DNA of 64,000 nucleotides from Candidatus Fervidifonticultor secundus (lineage in GTDB: Bacteria > Sysuimicrobiota > Sysuimicrobiia > Sysuimicrobiales > Humicultoraceae). Below the pieces are notes generated by a model that worked only from the letters and a program-made list of their open reading frames with translations, was not told the DNA's origin and did not search any database. Shown here one piece after another: positions 17,485 through 26,022 of the stretch. The position numbers and the translations under genes are program-made. The stretch spans positions 13,490 to 77,489 of the forward strand of contig JAVKIP010000015.1 of NCBI GenBank assembly GCA_031459385.1. Direction: 5' to 3'. Within the stretch, counting starts at the first letter, position 1; each line of letters begins with the position of its first letter.

Positions 17485-18426
17485 TCAGGCGGAGGTGGTT
17501 TGGCCAGTGGACTGCAGGCGGGTCATGGGGCCGAACCGCGCCACCAGCTCGTCGAACTCCATGGCGTCGTAAAAGTCGCACGTGCCGGCCCCGAACGCCT
17601 TGGCGACCTCCAGGCAGAACCGCACGGCCACCTCGATGTCGGCGGCATCGCTGGCACCCGTGGCCGACCCAGGCACCATCGTCTCGGCGGTCAGCGCCAG
17701 GCCGATCACCGGCGCCCGGGTTGCCGTCGACGGCTGGAGGATGCTGTTGATGTGGCGCAACCCCGTGCCGTAGGGCGTGATGTCCTGCGTGGCGAGCGGC
17801 AGGATCACCGGCGGCCGCCCGGTCACCCACTGGTAGAGGTCCAGCAGGGTGTCCGGCGCGCGCAGGATGTACCCTTCCTTCACGGGGAGCGAGATGGCGA
17901 TGCCCTTGTGGTTGACCACGCGGTTGCCGCGGGTCGTGTCCACCGAGATGATGGCATCCATGGCCGGATCCACCTCGCGGGCGTTCAGGACGGCCATCTC
18001 CACCGGTGACATCATCATGGGGACGGTGGGGGTGTCCCGCACGAGCGCCCGCGGGCAGATGTGCGTGGCGACGATGACGTCGCCGGGCAGGACGTCGCCT
18101 TCGCGGCGCATGTCGGCCAGCTTCAGCGCGCAGGCGACGGCGGTGATGGCCCCGTCGGCGTCGGAGACCAGGCCCAGCCGGGCAGGACGCGCCCCGATGC
18201 CGCCCAGGCGGCCGATGATGCCCAGGGTGCGCGCCGGGCCGCCGGTGCTGCGGCCGCGCGCCCCGGGGACGGCGACCCGGATGACGTCCGTGGTCCCGTG
18301 GGGGCCGTCGACCCGTTCGACCCTGCACTCCAGGTCCCGTGCCCGCAGGACTGCGGCCACGCGCTCGCCGGTGACGTGCGCGGAGTCGAGCAGGTCGTAG
18401 GCCTCGAGCGTGTGACTCCAGCTCAT
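17485..18426 (-). CDS. DUF1177 family protein
   Basis: MSW..TLE.YDLLDS..V.G, TLGIIGRLGGIGARP...GLVSDADGA, HICP.A, SVDTTRGNRVVN, QDITPYG.GL.HINSILQP. Confidence 0.85.
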   Translation of the reverse strand: MSWSHTLEAYDLLDSAHVTGERVAAVLRARDLECRVERVDGPHGTTDVIRVAVPGARGRSTGGPARTLGIIGRLGGIGARPARLGLVSDADGAITAVACALKLADMRREGDVLPGDVIVATHICPRALVRDTPTVPMMMSPVEMAVLNAREVDPAMDAIISVDTTRGNRVVNHKGIAISLPVKEGYILRAPDTLLDLYQWVTGRPPVILPLATQDITPYGTGLRHINSILQPSTATRAPVIGLALTAETMVPGSATGASDAADIEVAVRFCLEVAKAFGAGTCDFYDAMEFDELVARFGPMTRLQSTGQTTSA

Positions 18427-18631
18427 GGCCCGGCCATCTTCGCGCGCGGCGCGGGAGGGTCCTCCCGCGGTGTCCTGCGCCGGCGGCGCCGGGACGCGCG
18501 GTCCGGCACACCCGGCGCGGGAGCCCTGGCCCCGGTGACCCGCGGGGCGCGGCACGCGATGGGCTGTCGCCCGAGACACCGCGACGTTGTCGCCGGGCGG
18601 CGGGGAATGCTACGATACCCGCGGTTCGCCC

Positions 18632-19159
18632 ATGGACGCTCAGCCACCGGTCGTTCCCGCCGAGGTCGCAGCGCGTGCCGGTACTGCCGTGCGCTGGGCC
18701 CGGACCCTCCGGGAGGCCGCCGGCACGCTGCGCCACCAGGCCGCGGCGCTGAAGTTCCACCCGCTTACCGGGCAGCGGCCGGAGCCTGCGCCCGCGCTGC
18801 TGGCGGCGCTGCAGCAGCTCGAGCAGGTTGTGCAGGAGATCCTGCAGGCTCAGGCAGAGATTCTCGTCACCGATGCCGATCTGGCCGCGCTGGGCGACGG
18901 CGCGCGGCGCACGCTCCAGGCAGCGCGCCAGGCCGGGGCCCGCGGCGCGCAGGTCACGGCGGCCGCCGTGCAGGTGTTGCGCGAGGTGCTGCAGGGTCGC
19001 AATGGCGCCACGCTCGACGCGCCGTACGGGCACGGCGCCCCACGCCGGCCCCACCCGGGGGCGCTGTGCACCATCGCGGCCCAGCGGGCCGAGGAGCTGG
19101 CCACCGCGCTAGAGACCGGCGCCGTCCTCGTCGCGACCCTGGCGCTGTGGCCGCAATGA
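18632..19159 (+). CDS. Hypothetical protein (alpha-helical)
   Basis: Coding-like codon pattern. ATGA overlap with udgB. TGCTACGAT extended -10-like sequence upstream. Confidence 0.7.
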   Translation: MDAQPPVVPAEVAARAGTAVRWARTLREAAGTLRHQAAALKFHPLTGQRPEPAPALLAALQQLEQVVQEILQAQAEILVTDADLAALGDGARRTLQAARQAGARGAQVTAAAVQVLREVLQGRNGATLDAPYGHGAPRRPHPGALCTIAAQRAEELATALETGAVLVATLALWPQ

Positions 19160-19869
19160 CCGCGCGTGGGGCCGCGCCCCCAACGCTGACAGCGCTCAAC
19201 GAGATGATCGTCGCGTGCCGCAGGTGCCCGCGCCTGATCGCGTACTGCCGCGCGGTCGCCCGCGAGAAGCGCCGGGCGTTCCGCGACTGGGAGTACTGGG
19301 GGAAGCCCGTGCCCGGGTTCGGCGATCCGGCCGCGCGGGTGCTGATGGTGGGCCTGGCGCCGGCCGCGCACGGCGGGAACCGCACCGGCCGGATCTTCAC
19401 CGGCGACTCGTCGGGGACCACGCTGATGGGCGCACTCTATCGGGCGGGCTTCGCCTCGCAGCCGCAGTCGGTGGCCCGCGACGACGGGCTCCGGCTCGTC
19501 GACCTCTACCTGGCGGCTGCGGTCCGCTGCGCGCCGCCCGATAACAGGCCGCTCCCGGCGGAGATCGCCCGCTGCCGGCCGTACCTGGTCGCTGAACTGC
19601 GGCTGCTGCGGCGGCTACAGGTGGTGGTCGCGCTGGGCCGCATCGCGCACGACGCGGCGCTGGACGCCGCCCGCGCCGCCGGTGCCCAGATCCCCAGGCC
19701 GCGGCCCGCCTTCGCCCACGGCGCCGAGGCGCGCCTGGTGTGGGGCGCGCGCACGCTGCTGCTGATCGCGTCCTATCATCCCAGCCAGCAGAACACGGCC
19801 ACCGGCCGGCTCACGCCCGCGATGCTCGACGCGGTCTTCCGGCGGGTGCGGGCAGCGCTTTCGTCATAG
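19156..19869 (+). CDS. udgB: Uracil-DNA glycosylase family 5
   Basis: CRRCPRL (Fe-S), YWGKPVPGFGD, GLAPAAHGGNRTGRIFTGD, RCAPPDNRP, SYHPSQQN. Confidence 0.95.
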   Translation: MTARGAAPPTLTALNEMIVACRRCPRLIAYCRAVAREKRRAFRDWEYWGKPVPGFGDPAARVLMVGLAPAAHGGNRTGRIFTGDSSGTTLMGALYRAGFASQPQSVARDDGLRLVDLYLAAAVRCAPPDNRPLPAEIARCRPYLVAELRLLRRLQVVVALGRIAHDAALDAARAAGAQIPRPRPAFAHGAEARLVWGARTLLLIASYHPSQQNTATGRLTPAMLDAVFRRVRAALSS

Positions 19870-19874
19870 GGTCG

Positions 19875-21278
19875 GTGGCGGCGACAGGCGACGGCGCTGG
19901 CGCCCGACGGGGGCTGCTGGTGGCGGTGGCAGCCGGGCTGCTGGCGCGGTTCTGGCTGGCCGCGCGGCTGCCCCTTGGTGACGACGAGCTGTACTACCGG
20001 CTCTGGGCGCGCCACCTGGCCTGGAGCTATCCCGATCATCCGCCGATGATCGCGGCAGTGGTGGCGCTCTCCACGCGACTGTTCGGCGACGGCCCGCTGG
20101 GCATCCGGGGCCTCTGTGTGGCGCTGGCGACGCTGGTCCCGCTGGCAGTCTACGGGGCGGGGCGGGCGCTGTTCGGCGAGGCCGCCGCGCGGCGGGCGGC
20201 GTGGGCCGTCCTGTTGCTGCCCGCGTTTGCCGTGGGCGGGGCGTTCGCTTTTCCGGATACGCTCCTGGCGGTGTTCTGGGCGCTGGCGATCTGGTGCGGC
20301 TGGCGCGCGCTCAGGGACGGCGGCGCCTGGTGGGTTGCTGCGGGCGCGGCAGTGGGTGGTGCGTTGCTGTCGAAGCTGACGGGCTTCGCGCTGGTCCTGG
20401 GCATCGTCGGCGCCTGGCTGACCGCGCGTCCCCGCACGCGCGATGCGTGGCTCCCGGTGGGTGCAGCACTGGCCGCAGCGCTGTTTCTCCCCGTCGTCGT
20501 CTGGAATCTGCGCCACCACTGGATGCTGGTGCAGGTCACGCTGGGCCGGGAGCCCTGGATCGGCACGGGTACCTGGGTCGAGCGCGTGGCGCTGTTCGCC
20601 GGCGGGCAGGTCGCCTACTACGGGGTGATGGCGCCCGCGCTGGTGGCGGCGGCCGTGGTGGCGGCGCGGCGCGCGCAGCAGGCGCGCTGGCGGTACCTGG
20701 CGTGGGCCAGCCTGCCCCTGTTCCTGGTGATGAGCGCCTCAGCCGTGTTCGGACGCACCAAGCCCCACTGGCCCGGGCCGGCGTACCTGGCAGCGGCGCT
20801 GGCGCTGGGCGGGCTCGAAGAAGCGTGGACGGGGCGGTGGGTGCGCTGGCTGCGCGTGGCCGTGGGCGCGACCGCAGCGGTCGCTGTGGCGATGACGCTT
20901 GCCGGACTGTCGCCGTGGGGCGTGGCCACCGTGGGGCGCGGGATCGGCGACTGGGACCGTGCCGCCGCAGTGGTGGCGCGTCACGCCGCCGCGCTGCCGG
21001 GTCCCGTGGTGGTGCTCGCCGACAGCTACCAGGCGGCAAGCCACCTCGCCTACCGGCTCGAGCCGCGGCTGCCCGTGATCGGCGTCGAGCGGGCGTTTCT
21101 CCTGTGGCACCGGCCCGAGATGTGGGTCGGCCGGCGTGCGGTGGCCGTCGAAGAGCCAGGGGGGACGCCGCTCGACCTCGAGCGACGGTGCGTCGCGCCG
21201 CGCCGGCTGGACGAGATCGCGCTCGGGCCCGGCCGCGTGGCAGTCGTGTGGGCGTGCGAGGCACTGCGGCTTCCTTGA
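19875..21278 (+). CDS. Glycosyltransferase family 39 (ArnT/PMT-like)
   Basis: DELYY..W..HL..SY.DHPPMIA, FPD, LLSK, P.V.WN, KPHW.P.Y. Multi-TM. Start approximate. Confidence 0.88.
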   Translation: MAATGDGAGARRGLLVAVAAGLLARFWLAARLPLGDDELYYRLWARHLAWSYPDHPPMIAAVVALSTRLFGDGPLGIRGLCVALATLVPLAVYGAGRALFGEAAARRAAWAVLLLPAFAVGGAFAFPDTLLAVFWALAIWCGWRALRDGGAWWVAAGAAVGGALLSKLTGFALVLGIVGAWLTARPRTRDAWLPVGAALAAALFLPVVVWNLRHHWMLVQVTLGREPWIGTGTWVERVALFAGGQVAYYGVMAPALVAAAVVAARRAQQARWRYLAWASLPLFLVMSASAVFGRTKPHWPGPAYLAAALALGGLEEAWTGRWVRWLRVAVGATAAVAVAMTLAGLSPWGVATVGRGIGDWDRAAAVVARHAAALPGPVVVLADSYQAASHLAYRLEPRLPVIGVERAFLLWHRPEMWVGRRAVAVEEPGGTPLDLERRCVAPRRLDEIALGPGRVAVVWACEALRLP

Positions 21279-21304
21279 CGGTGCGTTTTGGCGGTTCGTA
21301 TACT
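21275..21304 (+). promoter_or_regulatory. Sigma70 promoter of tRNA-Val
   Basis: TTGACG (21275-21280), 18 bp spacer, TATACT (21299-21304). Confidence 0.7.
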
Positions 21305-21321
21305 GGACAGTGCCTTCCACC

Positions 21322-21397
21322 GGGCGGTTAGCTCAGCGGTGAGAGCGCATCCTTCACACGGATGAGGCCGCAGGTTCAAATCCTGCACCGCCCACCA
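21322..21397 (+). tRNA. tRNA-Val (CAC)
   Basis: GGGCGGTTAGCTCAG, anticodon arm CATCC-TTCACAC-GGATG, GGTTCAAATCC, encoded CCA. Confidence 0.97.
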
Positions 21398-21403
21398 GTC
21401 CGT

Positions 21404-21425
21404 CGATACCTGTTCGATACCTGTT
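21404..21425. repeat. 11-bp tandem direct repeat CGATACCTGTT x2
   Basis: Perfect copies at 21404-21414 and 21415-21425, 6 nt after the tRNA-Val CCA. Confidence 0.8.
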
Positions 21426-21566
21426 TGAGGAAGGTTCGCAGCCCAGGGCGCAGAACGGGGCAGTGCCGGAGATGCCTGGTCGTTGCGCTCCCTGGCGATG
21501 CGCGGGCGCTCCGGTGGTCGGAGGCGATGGCCGGGTGCGCGATCGGCGGCACGGGAGGGGGGTGCA

Positions 21567-22340
21567 ATGGCACGGGAGACACCGGGGTTCGGCGGACGGG
21601 CAGCGCTGGTCACCGGCGCCGCCCGCGGCATCGGGCTGGCCATCGCCGGGCGGCTGGTCGCCGGAGGCGCGCGCGTCGCGCTGGCGGATGTCGACCTGGC
21701 ACGCGCAGCGGCGGAAGCCGACCGGCTGGGGAAGATCGCGGGGCGTCCCGACGGCGCCGCGATGGCCGTCCATCTGGACGTGACGGACCCGGCGTCGGTC
21801 GATGCGGGGGTCCGCGCGACCATCGACGCCTTCGGCGGGTTGGACATCCTGGTCAACAACGCGGGGATTCACGGGCCGTCGGTGCCGACGTGGGAGATGC
21901 CCCTGGAAGACTGGCACCGCGTGCTGGCGGTCGACCTGCACGGCGTGTTCTACTGCTGCCGTGCGGTCCTGCCGCACATGCGGGCGAAGCGCTACGGCCG
22001 CATCGTCAACATCGCGTCGATTGCGGGGAAGGAGGGGAACCCCAACGCCCTGCCGTATTCGGCGGCCAAGGCCGGCGTCATCGGTCTGACCAAGGCGCTC
22101 GCCAAGGAGGTGGCGAGGGACGGCATCGTCGTCAACGCCGTGACGCCGGCGGTGATCGAGACGGAGATCCTGCAGCAAGTATCCCCCGAGCACGTGGCGT
22201 ACATGCTCGCGCGGATCCCGATGGGGCGTGCGGGCCGGCCCGCCGAGGTGGCTGCGCTGGTCGCCTGGCTCTGCTCGGAGGAGTGCTCGTTCAGCACCGG
22301 CGCGGTGGTCGACATCTCGGGCGGCCGCGCGACCTACTGA
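21567..22340 (+). CDS. SDR family NAD(P)-dependent oxidoreductase
   Basis: TGAARGIG, NNAGI, NIASIAGKEGNP, YSAAK, D.SGGRATY. Confidence 0.93.
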   Translation: MARETPGFGGRAALVTGAARGIGLAIAGRLVAGGARVALADVDLARAAAEADRLGKIAGRPDGAAMAVHLDVTDPASVDAGVRATIDAFGGLDILVNNAGIHGPSVPTWEMPLEDWHRVLAVDLHGVFYCCRAVLPHMRAKRYGRIVNIASIAGKEGNPNALPYSAAKAGVIGLTKALAKEVARDGIVVNAVTPAVIETEILQQVSPEHVAYMLARIPMGRAGRPAEVAALVAWLCSEECSFSTGAVVDISGGRATY

Positions 22341-22395
22341 GACGGTCCGCGGCGCGCCGGGAGCGCACTGTCGCCGCGGGATACGGAGGGGTCGG

Positions 22396-23499
22396 GTGCG
22401 CGATCCACGCCTCGAGAAACTCGCACGGGTCCTGGTGCACTACTCCCTGCGCCTGCAACCGGGCCAGCTCGTGCGCATCAGCGGCATCGCGGCCGCCGCG
22501 CCGTTGATTCAGGAGGCGTATCGGGAGGCCCTGGCCGCGGGCGCCCACGTCTTCACCAGGGTGAGCCTGGACGGCCTGGACGAGATCTTCTACAAGCAGG
22601 CGACCGATGCGCAACTGCGTTTCGTCTCGCCCCTGGCGCGGTATGAGGTGGATGCCATCGACGCCGATCTGGGCATCTGGGGCAGCTGGAACACCCGCGC
22701 GCTCACCGGTGTGGACCCGCAGCGGCTGGCCGTGCGGCGCGAGGCCACCCGCCCGCTGACCCAGCGGTTCCTCGAGCGGGCCGCGGCGGGCGAACTTCGC
22801 TGGGTCGGGACGCAGTTTCCGACGCCGGCCGATGCCCAGGAAGCCGAGATGTCGCTGGCCGAGTACGAGGAGTTCGTCTTCGCCGCCGGCATGCTGGACC
22901 GGCCCGACCCCGTGGCCGCGTGGGAGGCCGTGCGGCGCGAGCAGGAGCGCGTGGTCAAGGTGCTGGAGACGAAGGACACCCTGCACATCCGCGGCCCGCA
23001 CGTCGACCTGACGGTCAGGGTCGGGGGGCGAAGGTGGATCAACGCGGCGGGCGAACACAACTTCCCCGACGGCGAGATCTTCACCGGTCCCGTGGAAGAC
23101 GCCACCGAGGGCTGGGTGCGCTTCTCGTTTCCCGCGATCTACGGCGGCCGCGAGGTCCAGGGCGTGCGCCTGCGCTTTGCTGGCGGCCGCGTCGTCGAGG
23201 CCGAGGCGGAGAAGGGCCAGGAGTTCCTCCGGGCGATGCTCGACCTGGACGCGGGCGCCCGCATCGTGGGCGAGGCGGCGTTCGGGCTCAACTACCAGAT
23301 TGCGCGCTTCACGCGCAGCATCCTGTTCGACGAGAAGATCGGCGGCACCATGCACCTGGCGCTGGGGGCCGGGTACCCGGAGACCGGGTCGAAGAACACC
23401 TCCGGGCTTCACTGGGACATGATCTGCGACCTGCGGACCGACACCGAGGTCCGCGCGGACGGCGAGGTGATCTACCGGGACGGGCGGTTCCTCCTGTAG
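22396..23499 (+). CDS. Aminopeptidase, M29 family (AmpS/PepS/AmpT-like)
   Basis: DPRLEKLA.VLV.YS, NFPDGEIFTGP, GE.AFG.N, ILFDEKIGGT.HLALG, N.SGLHWDMI. Confidence 0.93.
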   Translation: MRDPRLEKLARVLVHYSLRLQPGQLVRISGIAAAAPLIQEAYREALAAGAHVFTRVSLDGLDEIFYKQATDAQLRFVSPLARYEVDAIDADLGIWGSWNTRALTGVDPQRLAVRREATRPLTQRFLERAAAGELRWVGTQFPTPADAQEAEMSLAEYEEFVFAAGMLDRPDPVAAWEAVRREQERVVKVLETKDTLHIRGPHVDLTVRVGGRRWINAAGEHNFPDGEIFTGPVEDATEGWVRFSFPAIYGGREVQGVRLRFAGGRVVEAEAEKGQEFLRAMLDLDAGARIVGEAAFGLNYQIARFTRSILFDEKIGGTMHLALGAGYPETGSKNTSGLHWDMICDLRTDTEVRADGEVIYRDGRFLL

Positions 23500-23577
23500 G
23501 GTCCGCGCGCGCCGGCAGGGTCGAGGCTCCGGCGGGACGGGCGGTCCACCTGGCCGCGGGGGCGCTGCGGTGGCCGG

Positions 23578-23850
23578 CTAGGCGCGTTCGAAGTCTTCGA
23601 TCAACTCGTCGAACATCTCGTGCGTTTCTTCGCTCACTTCGTCCGCCATCTCCGCGTACCGAGGGTGCTCCATCGCCTTCGTCTGGATGTTCTGCACCAT
23701 GCTGGCTTCGATCTCGCGCAGGAAGGCGATGACGTCGGCGCGCGGGAACTCGCCGAACTCTCCCGCTTTGAGACGACGGACGAACTCGTCGAGACCCTTC
23801 ATCTCGACCTGACAGAGCTGCTCGTAGATTTCCCACAGCCGCTCAGTCAT
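23578..23850 (-). CDS. Hypothetical acidic helical protein (90 aa)
   Basis: Natural-looking composition (MTERLWEIYEQLCQVEMKGLDEFVRRLK), unlike the surrounding shadow ORFs. Confidence 0.75.
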   Translation of the reverse strand: MTERLWEIYEQLCQVEMKGLDEFVRRLKAGEFGEFPRADVIAFLREIEASMVQNIQTKAMEHPRYAEMADEVSEETHEMFDELIEDFERA

Positions 23851-24037
23851 CGCAGGCACCCCGCCGCTGTGATCAGAGCGGTTGTTCGTGCGCCTTCGGA
23901 GGATTCCTCCTGCACTCCTGCGGCGGCGCGGATGCGGAGGTGCGTGGTGGCGTTGGCGGCGGTGCGGGGCGCGCGGTCTGTGCCCGAGAGCGTCCTTTGC
24001 GCGCGCGGGGTGCTCTGCTAGAATGAGAGGCGGTCGG

Positions 24038-24112
<75 letters not shown>

Positions 24113-24195
24113 GCGCCGCGGCGGATCGAAGCGGTGGCAGCCCGTCGGTGGTCAGCCCCGAAACCGAAGCGCTCGCCCATGCGGCCCCATCATCG

Positions 24196-24858
24196 ATGAT
24201 GGATCAGTCCTTCTGGGAACGTGCCGAGGTCGTCGAGCGGTTTGCCGCACGTCCGCCTGACGACCGCATGGTCGCGCTGCTGGCGACCGCGCCGCGGCAC
24301 CTGCGGGTGCTGGACCTGGGGTGTGCCGCCGGCCGCAACGCCGAGTGGCTGGCGCGCGAGGGCTTCGACGTGTGGGCCTGCGACAGCTCGGCCGCGATGG
24401 TCGCGCGCACGCGGGAGCGGGTCGCGCTCTACCTCGGCGAGGCGGAGGCGCAGCGGCGCGTGCAGCAGTGCCGGATGGAGGACCTGCGACCGTTCGAGGC
24501 AGAGACGTTCGACCTGGTGGTGGCCCTGGGCGTCTACCACGAGGCCGAAGAGATGACGGCCTGGCACCGCGCGCTGGCCGAGACCGCGCGGGTCCTGCGG
24601 CGGGGCGGCCGCCTGCTGGTGCAGCAGTTCAGCCCGCGGTCGGACCCTGCGGCGCAGGGTGTCCGGCGGCTCGCCGACCACGTCTTCGCGGTGGCCGGAC
24701 CCCAGCCGCGCCGGATGGTCCTGCTGGAGCCAGACGAGCTGGACGCGCTGGTGGCGGGCCATGGCTTCACGCCCCTGGAACCGAGCCGAAGCACCACGCG
24801 CCCCACCGACCTGGGCGGGCACTGGGTGAACGTCCACGGGTTCTACGCGCGGGCATGA
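24196..24858 (+). CDS. Class I SAM-dependent methyltransferase
   Basis: RVLDLGCAAGRN, FDLVV, RVLRRGG. Start approximate. Confidence 0.88.
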   Translation: MMDQSFWERAEVVERFAARPPDDRMVALLATAPRHLRVLDLGCAAGRNAEWLAREGFDVWACDSSAAMVARTRERVALYLGEAEAQRRVQQCRMEDLRPFEAETFDLVVALGVYHEAEEMTAWHRALAETARVLRRGGRLLVQQFSPRSDPAAQGVRRLADHVFAVAGPQPRRMVLLEPDELDALVAGHGFTPLEPSRSTTRPTDLGGHWVNVHGFYARA

Positions 24859-24961
24859 TGGTCGCCCGGGCGTAGCCCCGGCGGAAGTGCGGGCGGTCCG
24901 TGATCCTTCCCACGGCCTGCGCGGTACCGCCAGGAGTATAATGAGCCCTGGAGGTGCGGTG

Positions 24962-25144
24962 ATGGGTAACGTGGGCCCCATGGAGCTGATGGTCATCGTG
25001 CTGGTGCTCCTGCTGCTCTTCGGACCGAGCCGTCTGGCCGGGCTGGGGGCGGCCGCCGGCAGAACGATTCGCGAGTTTCGCAGGGCCATGAACGACGTGG
25101 AAGAGGAGCTCAGGAACCCCAGGCCGCCCCATCCCGATGCGTAG
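24962..25144 (+). CDS. tatA: Twin-arginine translocase TatA/TatE subunit
   Basis: GPMELMVIVLVLLLLFGPSRL..LG..AGRTIREFRRA. GGAGGTG RBS. TATAAT at 24937-24942. Confidence 0.93.
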   Translation: MGNVGPMELMVIVLVLLLLFGPSRLAGLGAAAGRTIREFRRAMNDVEEELRNPRPPHPDA

Positions 25145-25263
25145 GGCCTCGCCCAGGGCCTCCTGAGGCTCGTGAGGCGATCACGACCCCGAACACCTGC
25201 CGAGACCTCGGTGGCGTTGTGCGCGCTGCGGTGGCGCGCGGGGCGGGGCAGGCGCCCGGCGCC

Positions 25264-26022
25264 TCAGGCTCGGGAGCCGAGGTAGGCCCGCTGCACCTCG
25301 GGGTGGTGCAGAATCTCCTCTCCGCTGCCCTCGAACCGGATGCGGCCCTGTTCCAGGACGTAGGCACGGTCGGCGTGGCGCAGGGCCGTGCGCGCGTTCT
25401 GCTCGACGATGAGGAGCGCGATGCCCCTGGTGCGCAGATCGTGCACGATGCCGTAGACCTCGTCGATAACCTTCGGGGCGAGCCCGATGGTGGGCTCGTC
25501 GAGCAGCACCAGCCGCGGCGCCAGCAGCAGCACCCGCGCCAGCTCCAGCATGCGGCGCTCGCCGCCCGACAGCACACGCGCGCGCTGTCGCCGCCGTGCG
25601 CGCAGGATCGGGAAGAGGTCGTACAGACGCGCCACGTCGTCACGCACGCGGCGGTCGGTGCGGATGTACGCGCCCAGCTCGAGGTTCTCTTCGACCGTGA
25701 GGTTGGGCAGGATGCTGTAACCCTGCATCACGTAGCAGACCCCGCGTCGGAGGATCTCGGGCGGGGTGCGGCCGGCGATGGACTCGTCCTGGAAGCGCAC
25801 ATCGCCGGCCGAGGGGGTCAGGTAGCCGAAAACGGTCTTCAGCAGCGTGGACTTCCCCGCGCCGTTGGGTCCGATCATCGCCACGATCTCGGCCGGGCGC
25901 ACCGTCAGGCTGACCCCACGGAGCACCTCCCGCCGGTCGTAGCCCGCATGCACATCGCGCACGTCGAGCAGCGGCCCGGCCGATGCCGGCGAGGAGGCGG
26001 GCGCGGATTGCGCAGCGGTCAT
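25264..26022 (-). CDS. livF: Branched-chain amino acid-type ABC ATPase (LivF-like)
   Basis: GPNGAGKST, LSGGERRM, LLDEP..GLAP, IVEQN, V..AYLG. Confidence 0.92.
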   Translation of the reverse strand: MTAAQSAPASSPASAGPLLDVRDVHAGYDRREVLRGVSLTVRPAEIVAMIGPNGAGKSTLLKTVFGYLTPSAGDVRFQDESIAGRTPPEILRRGVCYVMQGYSILPNLTVEENLELGAYIRTDRRVRDDVARLYDLFPILRARRRQRARVLSGGERRMLELARVLLLAPRLVLLDEPTIGLAPKVIDEVYGIVHDLRTRGIALLIVEQNARTALRHADRAYVLEQGRIRFEGSGEEILHHPEVQRAYLGSRA

